A stretch of 64,000 bases of DNA from contig JAXDGW010000047.1 of NCBI GenBank assembly GCA_034664845.1, positions 16,369 through 80,368 of the forward strand, read 5' to 3'. Positions 10,017 through 20,655 of this stretch are shown here, piece after piece. The stretch is from Thermoanaerobaculia bacterium (lineage in GTDB: Bacteria > Acidobacteriota > Thermoanaerobaculia > Gp7-AA8). Each line of letters starts with the position of its first letter. Within the stretch, counting starts at the first letter, position 1. Made by a program: the position numbers and the translations under genes. The notes under the pieces are model-generated. The model had not been told where the DNA came from. It was given only the letters and a program-made list of their open reading frames with translations, and searched no databases.

Positions 10017-10612
10017 TGATCAAACAAGACGACGAGCTCGACAAGCTCGAAGAGGACATCCGGAAGCTGAAGAACAAATACGACCAGTTCTTCTCCGGCA
10101 TCCAGAGACTCCCCCCGATGCACGAGCGCCGGCTGCTCGAGGTTTACATTCACGAGCTGGGCAAGCAGAAGATGCGCGACAACACGCGGCGCTTCCGCTA
10201 CTCGCAGCTCCTGACGCGCTACAACCAGCTTCGCGAATTGTGGGGACGAAGAATGCGCGAGCGGGAGGAAGGGCCGATCGACTTCCGCCGCCGCTCGGCC
10301 GCACTGGCCGAACCGATGCCGCCTCCGCGCAGTTCCGAGCCTGCGCCGCGCGTAACGTCCGCGAAGCCCGATCCGTATGTAACGGTAGCGCCGGGCTCGA
10401 ACGGCGAAGCGATCCGACAGCTCTTCGGCGAAATCGAGAAGGAGCACCTCAAGCTGGGAAGGCTACCGACCATCACCATCGAGCAGTTGAAAACGATGGT
10501 CCAGAAACAGAGCGATCTCGTCCGCGAGAAATATCATGTCGCCGCCGTCGCCTTTCGTGTGGACGTTGTCGACGGCAAAGTAAAACTGAAAGCGAAACCA
10601 ATCCAGGAATGA
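10016..10612 (+). CDS. MXAN_5187 C-terminal-domain-like protein
   Basis: LKNKYDQFFSGIQRLPP...RFRYSQL...W and terminal FRVDVVDGKVKLKAKP resemble this family; recognised from memory. Confidence 0.65.
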   Translation: MIKQDDELDKLEEDIRKLKNKYDQFFSGIQRLPPMHERRLLEVYIHELGKQKMRDNTRRFRYSQLLTRYNQLRELWGRRMREREEGPIDFRRRSAALAEPMPPPRSSEPAPRVTSAKPDPYVTVAPGSNGEAIRQLFGEIEKEHLKLGRLPTITIEQLKTMVQKQSDLVREKYHVAAVAFRVDVVDGKVKLKAKPIQE

Positions 10613-11286
10613 TGATGAAACGACTCCTTCTCCTTGCCTCAGCCGTGGCGCTGGCCGCCTGCTCGTCCTCCACGTCACACCACGATTCGAATCCGTACGC
10701 GAACCCGTTCTACATGAAGTACCTCAACACCGGAGCGTGGGTCGACGGGCAGATCACACGCACCGTCACGGACCTCCGCGCCAATCCGCACTCGGCGGCT
10801 CTCCACAACACCCTCGGGCAGCTCCTCATCCAGAAAGGTTTTCCGAAGGATGCCGAGATCGAGTTCGAGCGCGCCGTCAACTCCGACTCGCATTTCTACC
10901 CCGGCTGGTACAACCTCGGCCTGGTCCGCATGTCGCGCGGCGATCTGACGGGAGCGCATCACGCTTTCTCGCGTACTGTTCACTACAAGCCCGGACATTC
11001 CGCCGCACTCTTTCAACTCGGCCTGATGGAGGAAAAACGCCAGCATCAGAGCGCCGCCATCGACTACTACGCAAAAGCGTTCTCGATCAACCCTGCCCTC
11101 CTCGACGTACGCGTAAACCCTCGCATCCTCGACTGCAAACTCGTCGACATCGCTCTGCTGAAGGCGTATCCAAAGGAGCACTCCCGCGAGAGCATGGCCT
11201 TCAACCCGACGCCGCCCGGCTACGTGCAGGAAGGCCTGGCAGCGCCACTACCCGCTGCGCCCGCGCCGCCAAAGCCGCCACACTAA
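10609..11286 (+). CDS. TPR-repeat lipoprotein
   Basis: Lipobox LAAC; TPR motifs (HNTLGQLL, WYNLGLV, LFQLGLM); start overlaps the upstream stop. Confidence 0.85.
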   Translation: MMMKRLLLLASAVALAACSSSTSHHDSNPYANPFYMKYLNTGAWVDGQITRTVTDLRANPHSAALHNTLGQLLIQKGFPKDAEIEFERAVNSDSHFYPGWYNLGLVRMSRGDLTGAHHAFSRTVHYKPGHSAALFQLGLMEEKRQHQSAAIDYYAKAFSINPALLDVRVNPRILDCKLVDIALLKAYPKEHSRESMAFNPTPPGYVQEGLAAPLPAAPAPPKPPH

Positions 11287-11387
11287 ACGCCACAGCGCCG
11301 GCCGCAAACGAAGAGCGAAACGAATCGCCGCCGGCCGGGCGGCGATTCTCGTAGCAAGCCCGCCCAGCATCCGTCATCATTCACGGC

Positions 11388-11831
11388 ATGAAGAAACGAA
11401 CCCGAATCCTTCTCGGACTCCTCGCGGCCTTCGTCTTCATTCAGCTCATCCCGGTCCCGAAGACCAATCCGCCGGTGACCGGCGAGATCGCCGCGCCGCC
11501 GCAAGTGATGTCCGTGCTGCGCAAGAGCTGCTACGACTGCCATTCCAACGAGACCGCCTGGCCCTGGTACAACCACATCGCCCCCGGCTCATGGCTGCTC
11601 TACCGCGATGTGACGCAGGGACGCCGGGCGATGAACTTCAGCGAATGGCAGCAGATGCCGCAGGACCGCCAGAACAGGCGGCGCAAGCAGGTGTGGGAGC
11701 AGGTCGCTGCTGATGAAATGCCGCCTTGGTTCTACCTTCCGCTCCACCACGCCGCGAAGCTCACTGACGCAAACAAAGCAATCCTCAAGGCGTGGAGCGA
11801 TGCCGGACCCGCCGTTCCCAAGCGCCGCTGA
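11388..11831 (+). CDS. Haem-binding domain c-type cytochrome protein
   Basis: SCYDCHSNET..WPWY and EMPP motifs; N-terminal membrane anchor. Confidence 0.85.
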   Translation: MKKRTRILLGLLAAFVFIQLIPVPKTNPPVTGEIAAPPQVMSVLRKSCYDCHSNETAWPWYNHIAPGSWLLYRDVTQGRRAMNFSEWQQMPQDRQNRRRKQVWEQVAADEMPPWFYLPLHHAAKLTDANKAILKAWSDAGPAVPKRR

Positions 11832-11926
11832 GGAGATGAGAAAGCCCTCCGCTCCTCCGCCTCTCCGCGTGAAACAAAGGAACGAGCTGTCACCGCAACT
11901 CAACAAGACCATCGATCCCACGCGGT

Positions 11927-12388
11927 ATGATCAGACTCATGAAAGTCCCAACCATCGCATCCCTCCTACTGCTCGTCACCGTCTCGACATTCGCCGCCGA
12001 GGTCGTGAAGAAGGGCGCTCCTCTTTCGTCATCGAAGCCGGTGGCGCTGACCACCGTCCTCCAGTCCCCGAAGACCTACACGAAGGACGCCGTCGTCGTG
12101 GAAGGTGTCATCGAGAAATCGTGCACGAACATGGGCTGCTGGATGGAGCTCGCACCTGCTCCCGGCAAGAAGAGCGTACGCGTCACATTCAAGGACGAAG
12201 AGTTCTTCATCCCGCTCACAGCGAAGGGTATGCAGGCGCGCGCAGAAGGCGTGACGAAGATCCACACTCTGAGCAAAGCGGAGGCAGATCATCTCGTCGG
12301 CGAAGGCGCGACGCTCACGCGCAACGCCGACGGAACCGCGGACGAAGTGTCGTTCATCGCGACAGGCGTGGAGCTGACGCGGCCCTGA
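11927..12388 (+). CDS. DUF4920-like exported protein
   Basis: Signal peptide; CxxxGCWM and VRVTFKDEEFFIP motifs. Confidence 0.75.
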   Translation: MIRLMKVPTIASLLLLVTVSTFAAEVVKKGAPLSSSKPVALTTVLQSPKTYTKDAVVVEGVIEKSCTNMGCWMELAPAPGKKSVRVTFKDEEFFIPLTAKGMQARAEGVTKIHTLSKAEADHLVGEGATLTRNADGTADEVSFIATGVELTRP

Positions 12389-12389
12389 A

Positions 12390-12773
12390 CTAGACAGCGA
12401 TCAGGCGAATCTCGTAGCCGCCTGTCGCGTCGCGGAGGCGCAACTCGACGCGCCACTTTCCCTGGCCAGCGAATGTCTCGTCGATCGAGACTCGTCCCTT
12501 CTCAAACGTCTTCTCCCAACGAGTGGCGCCCTTCGCATCGATCAAGCGCAGGGTCGCTTCTCCACGTTCCACGCGCATCGCCACTTTCAGCCGCGCTGCG
12601 GACCACGGTGCTGTGATCGTGTGTTTGAAGACCTTCGTCTCCGATGCTGAGCGAAAGTCCTCGCTCTCGGACATCGCCGAATAGCCCTTCAGCGCGTATG
12701 CGGTGGAGTGGAAACCGATCGCGGCTACGGCCGCGACAATCAATAGCCGGGCGATTGTTTGTTTCGATTGCAT
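12390..12773 (-). CDS. Hypothetical exported protein
   Basis: Signal-peptide-like N-terminus, beta-rich mature part. Confidence 0.6.
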   Translation of the reverse strand: MQSKQTIARLLIVAAVAAIGFHSTAYALKGYSAMSESEDFRSASETKVFKHTITAPWSAARLKVAMRVERGEATLRLIDAKGATRWEKTFEKGRVSIDETFAGQGKWRVELRLRDATGGYEIRLIAV

Positions 12774-12866
12774 GGAATCCTCCGGAACGTCAGCGTGTAT
12801 AACGCCAGCCCAACACTTTGGTTTCATCTGCTTGCCTCACGCGCTAGCGGGTGGTACACGTATGGT

Positions 12867-13091
12867 ATGAAGAAGACGACGATCTATCTTCCTGACGACC
12901 TGAAGAAACGATTGGAAGAGACAGCACGAACCACCGGCCGGCCGGAAGCGCAGGTGATCCGCGACGCGATCAGCGCGGCTACGCTCGAAGCTCTTTCTCC
13001 CACTCCGCGTGTTCCGTTGATGGAGCGTGGACTGGGAGACCCGACGATCGCTGAGAACGTCGATGCTCTGCTCGAAAGATTCGGCCGTTGA
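12867..13091 (+). CDS. CopG/ribbon-helix-helix antitoxin (VapB-type)
   Basis: MKKTTIYLPDDLK...EAQVIRDAI RHH pattern; overlaps the PIN toxin gene. Confidence 0.85.
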   Translation: MKKTTIYLPDDLKKRLEETARTTGRPEAQVIRDAISAATLEALSPTPRVPLMERGLGDPTIAENVDALLERFGR

Positions 13092-13507
13092 TTCTCCTCG
13101 ACACGAGCGGGATTCTGGCTGCGCTTTTCCCTGATCAGAATCGGCACCAGGAGTGTGCCGCGGCGCTACTAAAAACCACTCCGCCGCGGATCATGTCGCC
13201 GTTCGTTCTCGCGGAAGCCGGCTACCTGATCCAGAAGTTCGGCGGCGTCGACGCAGAGATTCTCTTCCTCGCCGAAATCGGCCGCCGCGCATACGAGCTG
13301 GCAACGTTCGATGAAGCGGACGTGGAAGGCGCCCGCCTTCTCGTCAATAAATACCGCAGCCTCGGCATCGGTCTGGCCGACGCGTCAATCGCCGTTCTCG
13401 CCGCCCGCTACGGCACCCTCGACGTACTCACGCTCGATGAACGCCACTTCCGGGCGATCCGCCCCGCGCCGAGGAAGAACTTCCGGATACTCCCGGCGGA
13501 TGCGTGA
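13088..13507 (+). CDS. vapC: PIN-domain toxin
   Basis: LLDTSG, LAE, GLADAS and TLDERHF acidic PIN motifs. Confidence 0.9.
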   Translation: MILLDTSGILAALFPDQNRHQECAAALLKTTPPRIMSPFVLAEAGYLIQKFGGVDAEILFLAEIGRRAYELATFDEADVEGARLLVNKYRSLGIGLADASIAVLAARYGTLDVLTLDERHFRAIRPAPRKNFRILPADA

Positions 13508-13514
13508 TTCGTTT

Positions 13515-13564
13515 TCACGCGGAGCCGCGGAGGGCGCAGAGGGAGAAGGTTCTCCTCCGCGTGA
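13515..13564. repeat. Inverted 9-mer repeat hairpin between convergent vapC genes
   Basis: TCACGCGGAG...CTCCGCGTGA with internal CGCGGAG/CGCAGAG units; a related arm lies at 11844-11872. Confidence 0.7.
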
Positions 13565-13570
13565 ACCAAT

Positions 13571-13987
13571 TCACCTCCAACTCACGACACGAATCCCCTC
13601 GAACCGCTTGAAATCGGTCTCGTTGAACGTGACCAGTGCCAAGCCGTGAACTCGCGCGATTGCCGCGATCTGGCCATCCGCGAACGGCGGCGTCTCGCCA
13701 CGAGATACAAGCCGAGCCCTCTCGATGGCATGCCACTCCGCAGCAGCGTGGTCATAGTCCAGGATTGGCATCGTCGGCAGAATGATTTCCTCGAGATAGC
13801 GCTCGATTGCGACTCGGCGGCGGGATGGGGGCATCCGCTCCACGCCGAATCGCACCTCGTGCCAGGCCACCGAGGGAATCGCGATCTCGTCTTCATACCG
13901 ACGGAAATTTCGAAGAACGATCTTCCCTGGTCTCAGGCGGACCGGTTCCGACAAGACGTTCGTGTCTAAGAGGTACTGGAGACTCAC
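13571..13987 (-). CDS. vapC: PIN-domain toxin
   Basis: YLLDTNVLSE, FADGQIAAIA and LVTFNETDF motifs. Confidence 0.92.
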   Translation of the reverse strand: MSLQYLLDTNVLSEPVRLRPGKIVLRNFRRYEDEIAIPSVAWHEVRFGVERMPPSRRRVAIERYLEEIILPTMPILDYDHAAAEWHAIERARLVSRGETPPFADGQIAAIARVHGLALVTFNETDFKRFEGIRVVSWR

Positions 13988-14265
13988 AGGACGGTTCCCC
14001 GCCCAGGCGACTGATCTCTCACGCCGGCAAATACCTCGTCGGGATCGATGTCCAGACTGCCCAGCCCGATCTCAGCAGCGAGAGCATCCCATGCCTCAGA
14101 GAAACGCTTGGATCGTGAGACGAGGCGATCGTATTGCTTGCGCCCGATCAACACCGCCACCGGCTCGCCGCGCCGCGTGAGCTCAACGGCCTTCCCCGAC
14201 TCCGCCTCCCGAACGAGCCTCGGCAGACTGCTGCGCGCCTCTGCGATGGAATGTTGCTCACTCAT
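13984..14265 (-). CDS. Phd/YefM family antitoxin
   Basis: SIAEARSSLPRLVREAESGKAVELTRRGEPVAVL; overlaps vapC. Confidence 0.92.
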   Translation of the reverse strand: MSEQHSIAEARSSLPRLVREAESGKAVELTRRGEPVAVLIGRKQYDRLVSRSKRFSEAWDALAAEIGLGSLDIDPDEVFAGVRDQSPGRGTVL

Positions 14266-14277
14266 GGATCACACCTC

Positions 14278-14297
14278 ATGTACATGTTGGTGTACAT
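14278..14297. promoter_or_regulatory. Putative Phd/YefM operator (paired TGTACA palindromes)
   Basis: ATGTACATGTTGGTGTACAT immediately upstream of the antitoxin start. Confidence 0.6.
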
Positions 14298-14340
14298 CGT
14301 AGCACCTCTGCTGTGGTCTGCAGTCACACTGGTGGAAAAA

Positions 14341-14589
14341 TCACATCCCCAGATTGAACGACGTGAAGTTCAAAGGCACGTCAGCCACTGCGATGTGCTT
14401 CACTAGGAACGCTTCATTGCCAAACCGCCGGTATCCTTCGCCAATTGCTTCCGCCTCACTGCCGAACGTATCGACGAGGTCGCGGCCCTTCAGCAGTGCG
14501 TATCTCCCCGGAGCTCAATCAAGTAGGTTCAATCGGATTCGCTCGAAGGCATCGAACTCAGTCTCTAATGACGATCGCGAAACACGCAC
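14341..14589 (-). pseudogene. DUF5678-like small protein with an in-frame TGA
   Basis: Hand translation: LETEFDAFERIRLNLLD*APGRYALLKGRDLVDTFGSEAEAIGEGYRRFGNEAFLVKHI; TGA at 14515-14517; AAGAGGG RBS before the GTG. Confidence 0.65.
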
Positions 14590-14603
14590 GTGCTTGATCC
14601 CTC

Positions 14604-15836
14604 TTACTCGCGATTCCAGAGTTCAAGATGTTGGTTTTTCTCGGCATCACGAAGCATGTTGAGCAGGTATAACCCATCAAGCATCGGAACCTTGATCTGT
14701 TGCCACGTGCCGGCACCATCGGTGTATTGGATCTTGAAGAACCACTCACGAAAGTTACCAGCCTCGCGGCTGAGCATCATCCCCTGGATTTTAGCGACAT
14801 CAGGAAGTTCGTTGACCATTGTAACTTCTCCGTTGAATTGACCGTAAGTAATTACAGGCGCGTCCGCAGGATCGGGCGGAATGATCACGGGCGGATACGC
14901 CTCGATGTCAACAAGCTCCGCACAATCGCGCAGCGACCCAATCTCAATCTCGAACGCCGGCAGTTCCTGCTGCGGGTTCGGCGGTGTGAAGGTGAGCCGC
15001 AATTCGTTTTGATAGGCGTGCCTAAACGGTTTCGCGAAACGGAGTGTTCTGTCGACTAATTGTAGATCAGCACGAACCGGGTCGTAATAGTTGACAAAGC
15101 CCATCTGCGGACGCCAACCTGGCAAGCGATCGCTCACAGCAGCCGTAATTCTATTCAGGAAATCGCCGGGAGTATGAATCACGAGGCACCCTGTTGCCGA
15201 GAAGTCTCCAAACAGCCGGCGGCTATAGACCGTGGACGTCGAGAACAGATAGTAGTCCGTCGGGGATTGGATCGCGATGAACGAGGGTGCCTTTCCCCGC
15301 GGTACATCGATCCCATGCTTCTCCATGAAGGTGCGCATGCGCGGATCGTGCGGGTTTGGGTTAAGGATTCGCTTCAACTCAGAGTCCCTACGCGCATGGT
15401 TGTGACTTTCTCTCTCGTAGAATGACGCAGCCGAAATACGAAACGCTCCGACCTCCAGCGACTTTCGAAGCCACACCGGATCGCCGAACTTCAGGATGTA
15501 CGGGTTTTCTTTCGTAAGCTTGTATTTGTCAATAATCGGGTTCATGTTTGGAACTGGACCGAATGCGTTGTCAAACGCGTCGCGAAACCGCGAAATGTCA
15601 ATCGGGCCTGGATAGTCATAGTTGCGAAGAACGCATTCCTCGAGTACCTCGGCGTGCAGGACCATCCATTGCTCACCACCCTCCTCGAACGGCATGATGC
15701 CGAGGCGACCGCGCTCATCCTGGACGCGACCGTTATTCATGCAGTCGAACATGCGTTCGGAGAGCTGCTCGGCTGAGAGGTGATCCAGGTCCCGATGTCG
15801 GCGGTACTCTTGCCGCCACCATTCGTGTCGCTTCAT
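14604..15836 (-). CDS. Hypothetical protein, DUF2971-like motif pattern
   Basis: Lower GC than the backbone; ILKF...YLFSTS...VNYY...FAKPFRHAYQNELR...IGSL; start MKRHEWW assumed. Confidence 0.6.
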   Translation of the reverse strand: MKRHEWWRQEYRRHRDLDHLSAEQLSERMFDCMNNGRVQDERGRLGIMPFEEGGEQWMVLHAEVLEECVLRNYDYPGPIDISRFRDAFDNAFGPVPNMNPIIDKYKLTKENPYILKFGDPVWLRKSLEVGAFRISAASFYERESHNHARRDSELKRILNPNPHDPRMRTFMEKHGIDVPRGKAPSFIAIQSPTDYYLFSTSTVYSRRLFGDFSATGCLVIHTPGDFLNRITAAVSDRLPGWRPQMGFVNYYDPVRADLQLVDRTLRFAKPFRHAYQNELRLTFTPPNPQQELPAFEIEIGSLRDCAELVDIEAYPPVIIPPDPADAPVITYGQFNGEVTMVNELPDVAKIQGMMLSREAGNFREWFFKIQYTDGAGTWQQIKVPMLDGLYLLNMLRDAEKNQHLELWNRE

Positions 15837-16051
15837 GGGAGATATCGTAAGCCATTCAAGGATATCTAGGCCCAGTGTGCCCCTACGACGACGACCCAGC
15901 GTCAGCGGCTGACTCGCAGCATTTCTACGATCAGTAGACATTTTGAAGCGGAGCGCGTCGCGACAAAGCGAATCGCCGGGCACACTCCGTGGCGGTGAGT
16001 CATTGGGAAAGGAAGGGGGCGAGCCGCTGAGACTTGCAGCGCGGCGCACAC

Positions 16052-17635
16052 TCACTTTCGCGACTCTCGCCGTTCACTTTGCAGGCGCGTAATCAAGATT
16101 TCGAATCTCCGCGAAACCTCATTCTTCACACCTGCATGTGAAATAGCGTCGTGAGCGGGAAGGAGAAACTGGAGAGCGCGCTCGCGATGCCCCAATGCGG
16201 CCTCCGTCATCCCCAGCCCGCCCGAAGCGAGAGCCTGTTCGAATAAGAGGCCGTGCGAGTCACGGTTCGCGTCCGCGATCGCGAGCGCTTTCTGAAACGC
16301 GTCCAGAGCGTCAGCCAGGCGATGGCCAGAAAGGTAACAATCACCCAGTTGGTCAAGAGCAGCCGACAACATTGGCGAGTCCCCGCCGCGCTTATAAATA
16401 TCGACTGCAATGCGTGCGTGCTCATAAGCATCACGCGGCCGACCAAGCCCACTAAGAGCGCTTGCGAGCAGAATGTCTGCGTAAGCTTCCTCTTCAGAGG
16501 CACCAATGTCGTGGGCCACTTGAAGCGCAACGAGTTCGGTTTCCATTGCCTCCTTAAACAAGCCCTGTTCATCACGCGCAAGACCAATCAGCGACAGCGA
16601 TCTCGCCCGCTGCTCCTTATCATCCTGTCTCGATGCAATATCCAATGATCGGTTGGACAGCACCAGCGCCTCAGTTAAGCGACCCTGATTTATTCTAACA
16701 AGCGCTAGGCCACCCAGAGAGCGCGCCGTACCCGTACGATTGTTGACTCCATCATACAGTTTGAACGCGCGGGTAAACCCAGACGCCGCAGCTACGAGTT
16801 CCAATCGGCGAAGATAGAGGCCGGCAAGGTTATTGGATACATTTGCCTGGCCGAGCTGGTTCCCGGCCTTTGAAAACGCGTCAAATGACTTCCGCCATTC
16901 ATAGTTCGCCTCGGAGTAGGACCCGCGTGCTTGAGCAACAACACCCAGGTTCAGATGCGAATTGGCTTGGCCAAAATTGTCGCCGAGCCGCTCATAGATT
17001 TCAAGCGCCTTCGCTACGAAGATATGGGCCTCGCGGTACCTGGCTTGGCCGTTCAGCACACTAGAAAGATACAGGCGAAAATGAGCCTCAAATCGATCAT
17101 GGTGCTGCTCCAAAGCGAGCCGAACACCAAGGCGCAGAGCTCGTTCCGCGGCTGGATAGTCCGGAAGATATCTAAGCGATAGGCCACGGTTCAAAGTAGC
17201 AGACAGTGTGGGCAGAGCCTCGATTGATCGCTGGTAGTCTTCCGCGGCCTGACGGTATCGGCCAGCTGCAAAGTTTGTCTGCCCTGTGTTGAATGATTCG
17301 CGAGCGGCATTTTCTTTGTGGGCGGCCGCATCCTTGAATTCCAGTTCAATTCCAATCTCGGTCGCCTGAACGACTTGCGAGGTGCCTGGGCCAGGCACAG
17401 TCCGAAACGACTGCCGGACAAGAAGAGCCTCCTTGAGGCCATATGCTGCCCACCCGAGAAGCAAAAACACAACTGCCGCGGCGGTAAGCATAATCTGCCG
17501 CCCATCAAGTACCCGGAGCCAAGGGAACCGGGACCGCTGTGCGCGTGTGAAACTGGCGTTCAAAAGCAGTCCTGCAATACTCGCCAACGATAGAAAGAGG
17601 CAGAAGAGAATGATCAGGACGTAAACCGCATTCAT
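16052..17635 (-). CDS. Membrane-anchored TPR-repeat protein
   Basis: Two N-terminal hydrophobic segments, then many GQANSHLNLG-type TPR repeats; lower GC. Confidence 0.8.
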   Translation of the reverse strand: MNAVYVLIILFCLFLSLASIAGLLLNASFTRAQRSRFPWLRVLDGRQIMLTAAAVVFLLLGWAAYGLKEALLVRQSFRTVPGPGTSQVVQATEIGIELEFKDAAAHKENAARESFNTGQTNFAAGRYRQAAEDYQRSIEALPTLSATLNRGLSLRYLPDYPAAERALRLGVRLALEQHHDRFEAHFRLYLSSVLNGQARYREAHIFVAKALEIYERLGDNFGQANSHLNLGVVAQARGSYSEANYEWRKSFDAFSKAGNQLGQANVSNNLAGLYLRRLELVAAASGFTRAFKLYDGVNNRTGTARSLGGLALVRINQGRLTEALVLSNRSLDIASRQDDKEQRARSLSLIGLARDEQGLFKEAMETELVALQVAHDIGASEEEAYADILLASALSGLGRPRDAYEHARIAVDIYKRGGDSPMLSAALDQLGDCYLSGHRLADALDAFQKALAIADANRDSHGLLFEQALASGGLGMTEAALGHRERALQFLLPAHDAISHAGVKNEVSRRFEILITRLQSERRESRK

Positions 17636-17891
17636 CGCGCCCTCTGGAAGATATCCGGTGCGCGTGTGACCTGTTCGAAGCGCGCGGAGCGTTTTCGAGG
17701 AGCGTTGACGGTATCTTTACGTACATGCACACCGATCATTCCCGGAGTATGCGCCTGCCGAACAATTTTGAACAGTCGGCTTCTTGGAACGATTAAGCCC
17801 GGCCAAGCCTCGATGTTTCTGTATCGTCAGGATCATTCGATCCCATCGCGTCCGCACCCACTCCTTCGCCCTCGAATATCATGCACCCCGC

Positions 17892-19411
<1,520 letters not shown>

Positions 19412-19415
<4 letters not shown>

Positions 19416-19482
19416 GTCGGACTCTCCAGTCCGACTGCACGTGATGTCGGACTAGAGAGTCCGACCTACGTTTCCGACCTAC
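19412..19482. repeat. GTAG-type REP doublet (REPIN)
   Basis: GTAGGTCGGACTCTCCAGTCCGAC (19412-19435) and inverted GTCGGACTAGAGAGTCCGACCTAC (19446-19469), plus a partial third copy. Confidence 0.85.
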
Positions 19483-19497
19483 GTTTTCTTTCATTCA

Positions 19498-20655
19498 ATG
19501 ATCGAGACCCGCATCGCCCGCCGTTACCTCTGGGCCGCTCGCAAGCGGGCGCATACGGCGTTTCTATCGTCGATCTCGATGCTGGGGCTCGCAGTCGGCG
19601 TGGCCACGCTGCTCATCTCGCTGGCGCTGATGGCGGGTTTGCAAGGGCAGATCAAGCAGCGGCTGATTGCTTCGAGTCCGCAACTGCTGATCGAGCCGGC
19701 GGGATCGCCGACAATCGAAAACGCGGCGGGGATCGAGAAGGCAGCGCGATCGATGGGCGTTCGCGACGTTCGTCCGCTCGTCAGCGGCATCGGCTGGGGC
19801 GCGAACGACCGGGAGCGGCGCGGGCGGCCAATGCGGATCCGTTCGGGTTCGCCGGGCGCGTTGCGCTCCAGTGACGAAATCGCGGTGACGCGCGACTTTG
19901 CCGCTGCGATCTCGCTCGACGTTGGCGACACGATCACGGTCGTCTCGCCGCGTACCCGCCTGACGCCGTTCGGTCCGATGCCGGTGTGGCGGAAGTATCG
20001 GATCGCGCATCTTCTCGCCGCATCGACCGACGAACAGGCCGCGGATGGCGTCCTGAGTCTGGCCGAGACCGAGAGCTTTTTCGGGACCGGCGGCAAGCCG
20101 ACCTCGATCGAAATGTACGGGCCCGAGGAGCGCGCCGAGGAGGTTCAGGCGGCGCTGGCGGGGCAGTTTCCCGGCGCGCAGGTCAAGACGTGGAAGGAGA
20201 TCAACCGGCCGCTCTTTCTGGCGCTGCGGCTGGAGAAGATCGTGATGTTCGTGACGATCTCCCTCATCATTTTTGTGGCCGCGCTGAATCTGATCTCGTC
20301 GCTCTCCATGCTCATCCTCGAAAAGCGCCCCTCCGTCGGCGTTCTGCGAACCCTCGGCGCAACAGAGCGGACGATCCTGATGATCTTTCTCGAAGTCGGC
20401 CTCCTCATCGGCATCTCCGGCACGATCCTCGGCAACGTTTTCGGCTTGAGCGCGTCGTGGATCATCGATCACTACCACCTCGTGCCGCTTCCCGCCGGCA
20501 TCTATCCCATCGCGTATCTGCCGCTGACGATCGATCCGTCGGACGTTCTCGGCGTCAACGCGGTGGCGATCATCCTGTCGATCATCGCCACCTGGTATCC
20601 GGCGCGGATGGCCTCGCGGCTCGATCCGATCGCCGCGATCCGGGAGGAAGCGTGA
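19498..20655 (+). CDS. LolC/E-type (FtsX/MacB family) ABC permease
   Basis: ISMLGLAVGVATL, WKEINRPLFLALRLEK, GVLRTLGA and YPARMASRLDP motifs. Confidence 0.9.
   Translation: MIETRIARRYLWAARKRAHTAFLSSISMLGLAVGVATLLISLALMAGLQGQIKQRLIASSPQLLIEPAGSPTIENAAGIEKAARSMGVRDVRPLVSGIGWGANDRERRGRPMRIRSGSPGALRSSDEIAVTRDFAAAISLDVGDTITVVSPRTRLTPFGPMPVWRKYRIAHLLAASTDEQAADGVLSLAETESFFGTGGKPTSIEMYGPEERAEEVQAALAGQFPGAQVKTWKEINRPLFLALRLEKIVMFVTISLIIFVAALNLISSLSMLILEKRPSVGVLRTLGATERTILMIFLEVGLLIGISGTILGNVFGLSASWIIDHYHLVPLPAGIYPIAYLPLTIDPSDVLGVNAVAIILSIIATWYPARMASRLDPIAAIREEA

Noticed and set aside
14515-14517. Selenocysteine codon
   Set aside because: Not in a Cys/redox motif and no convincing SECIS seen; a nonsense mutation is simpler.
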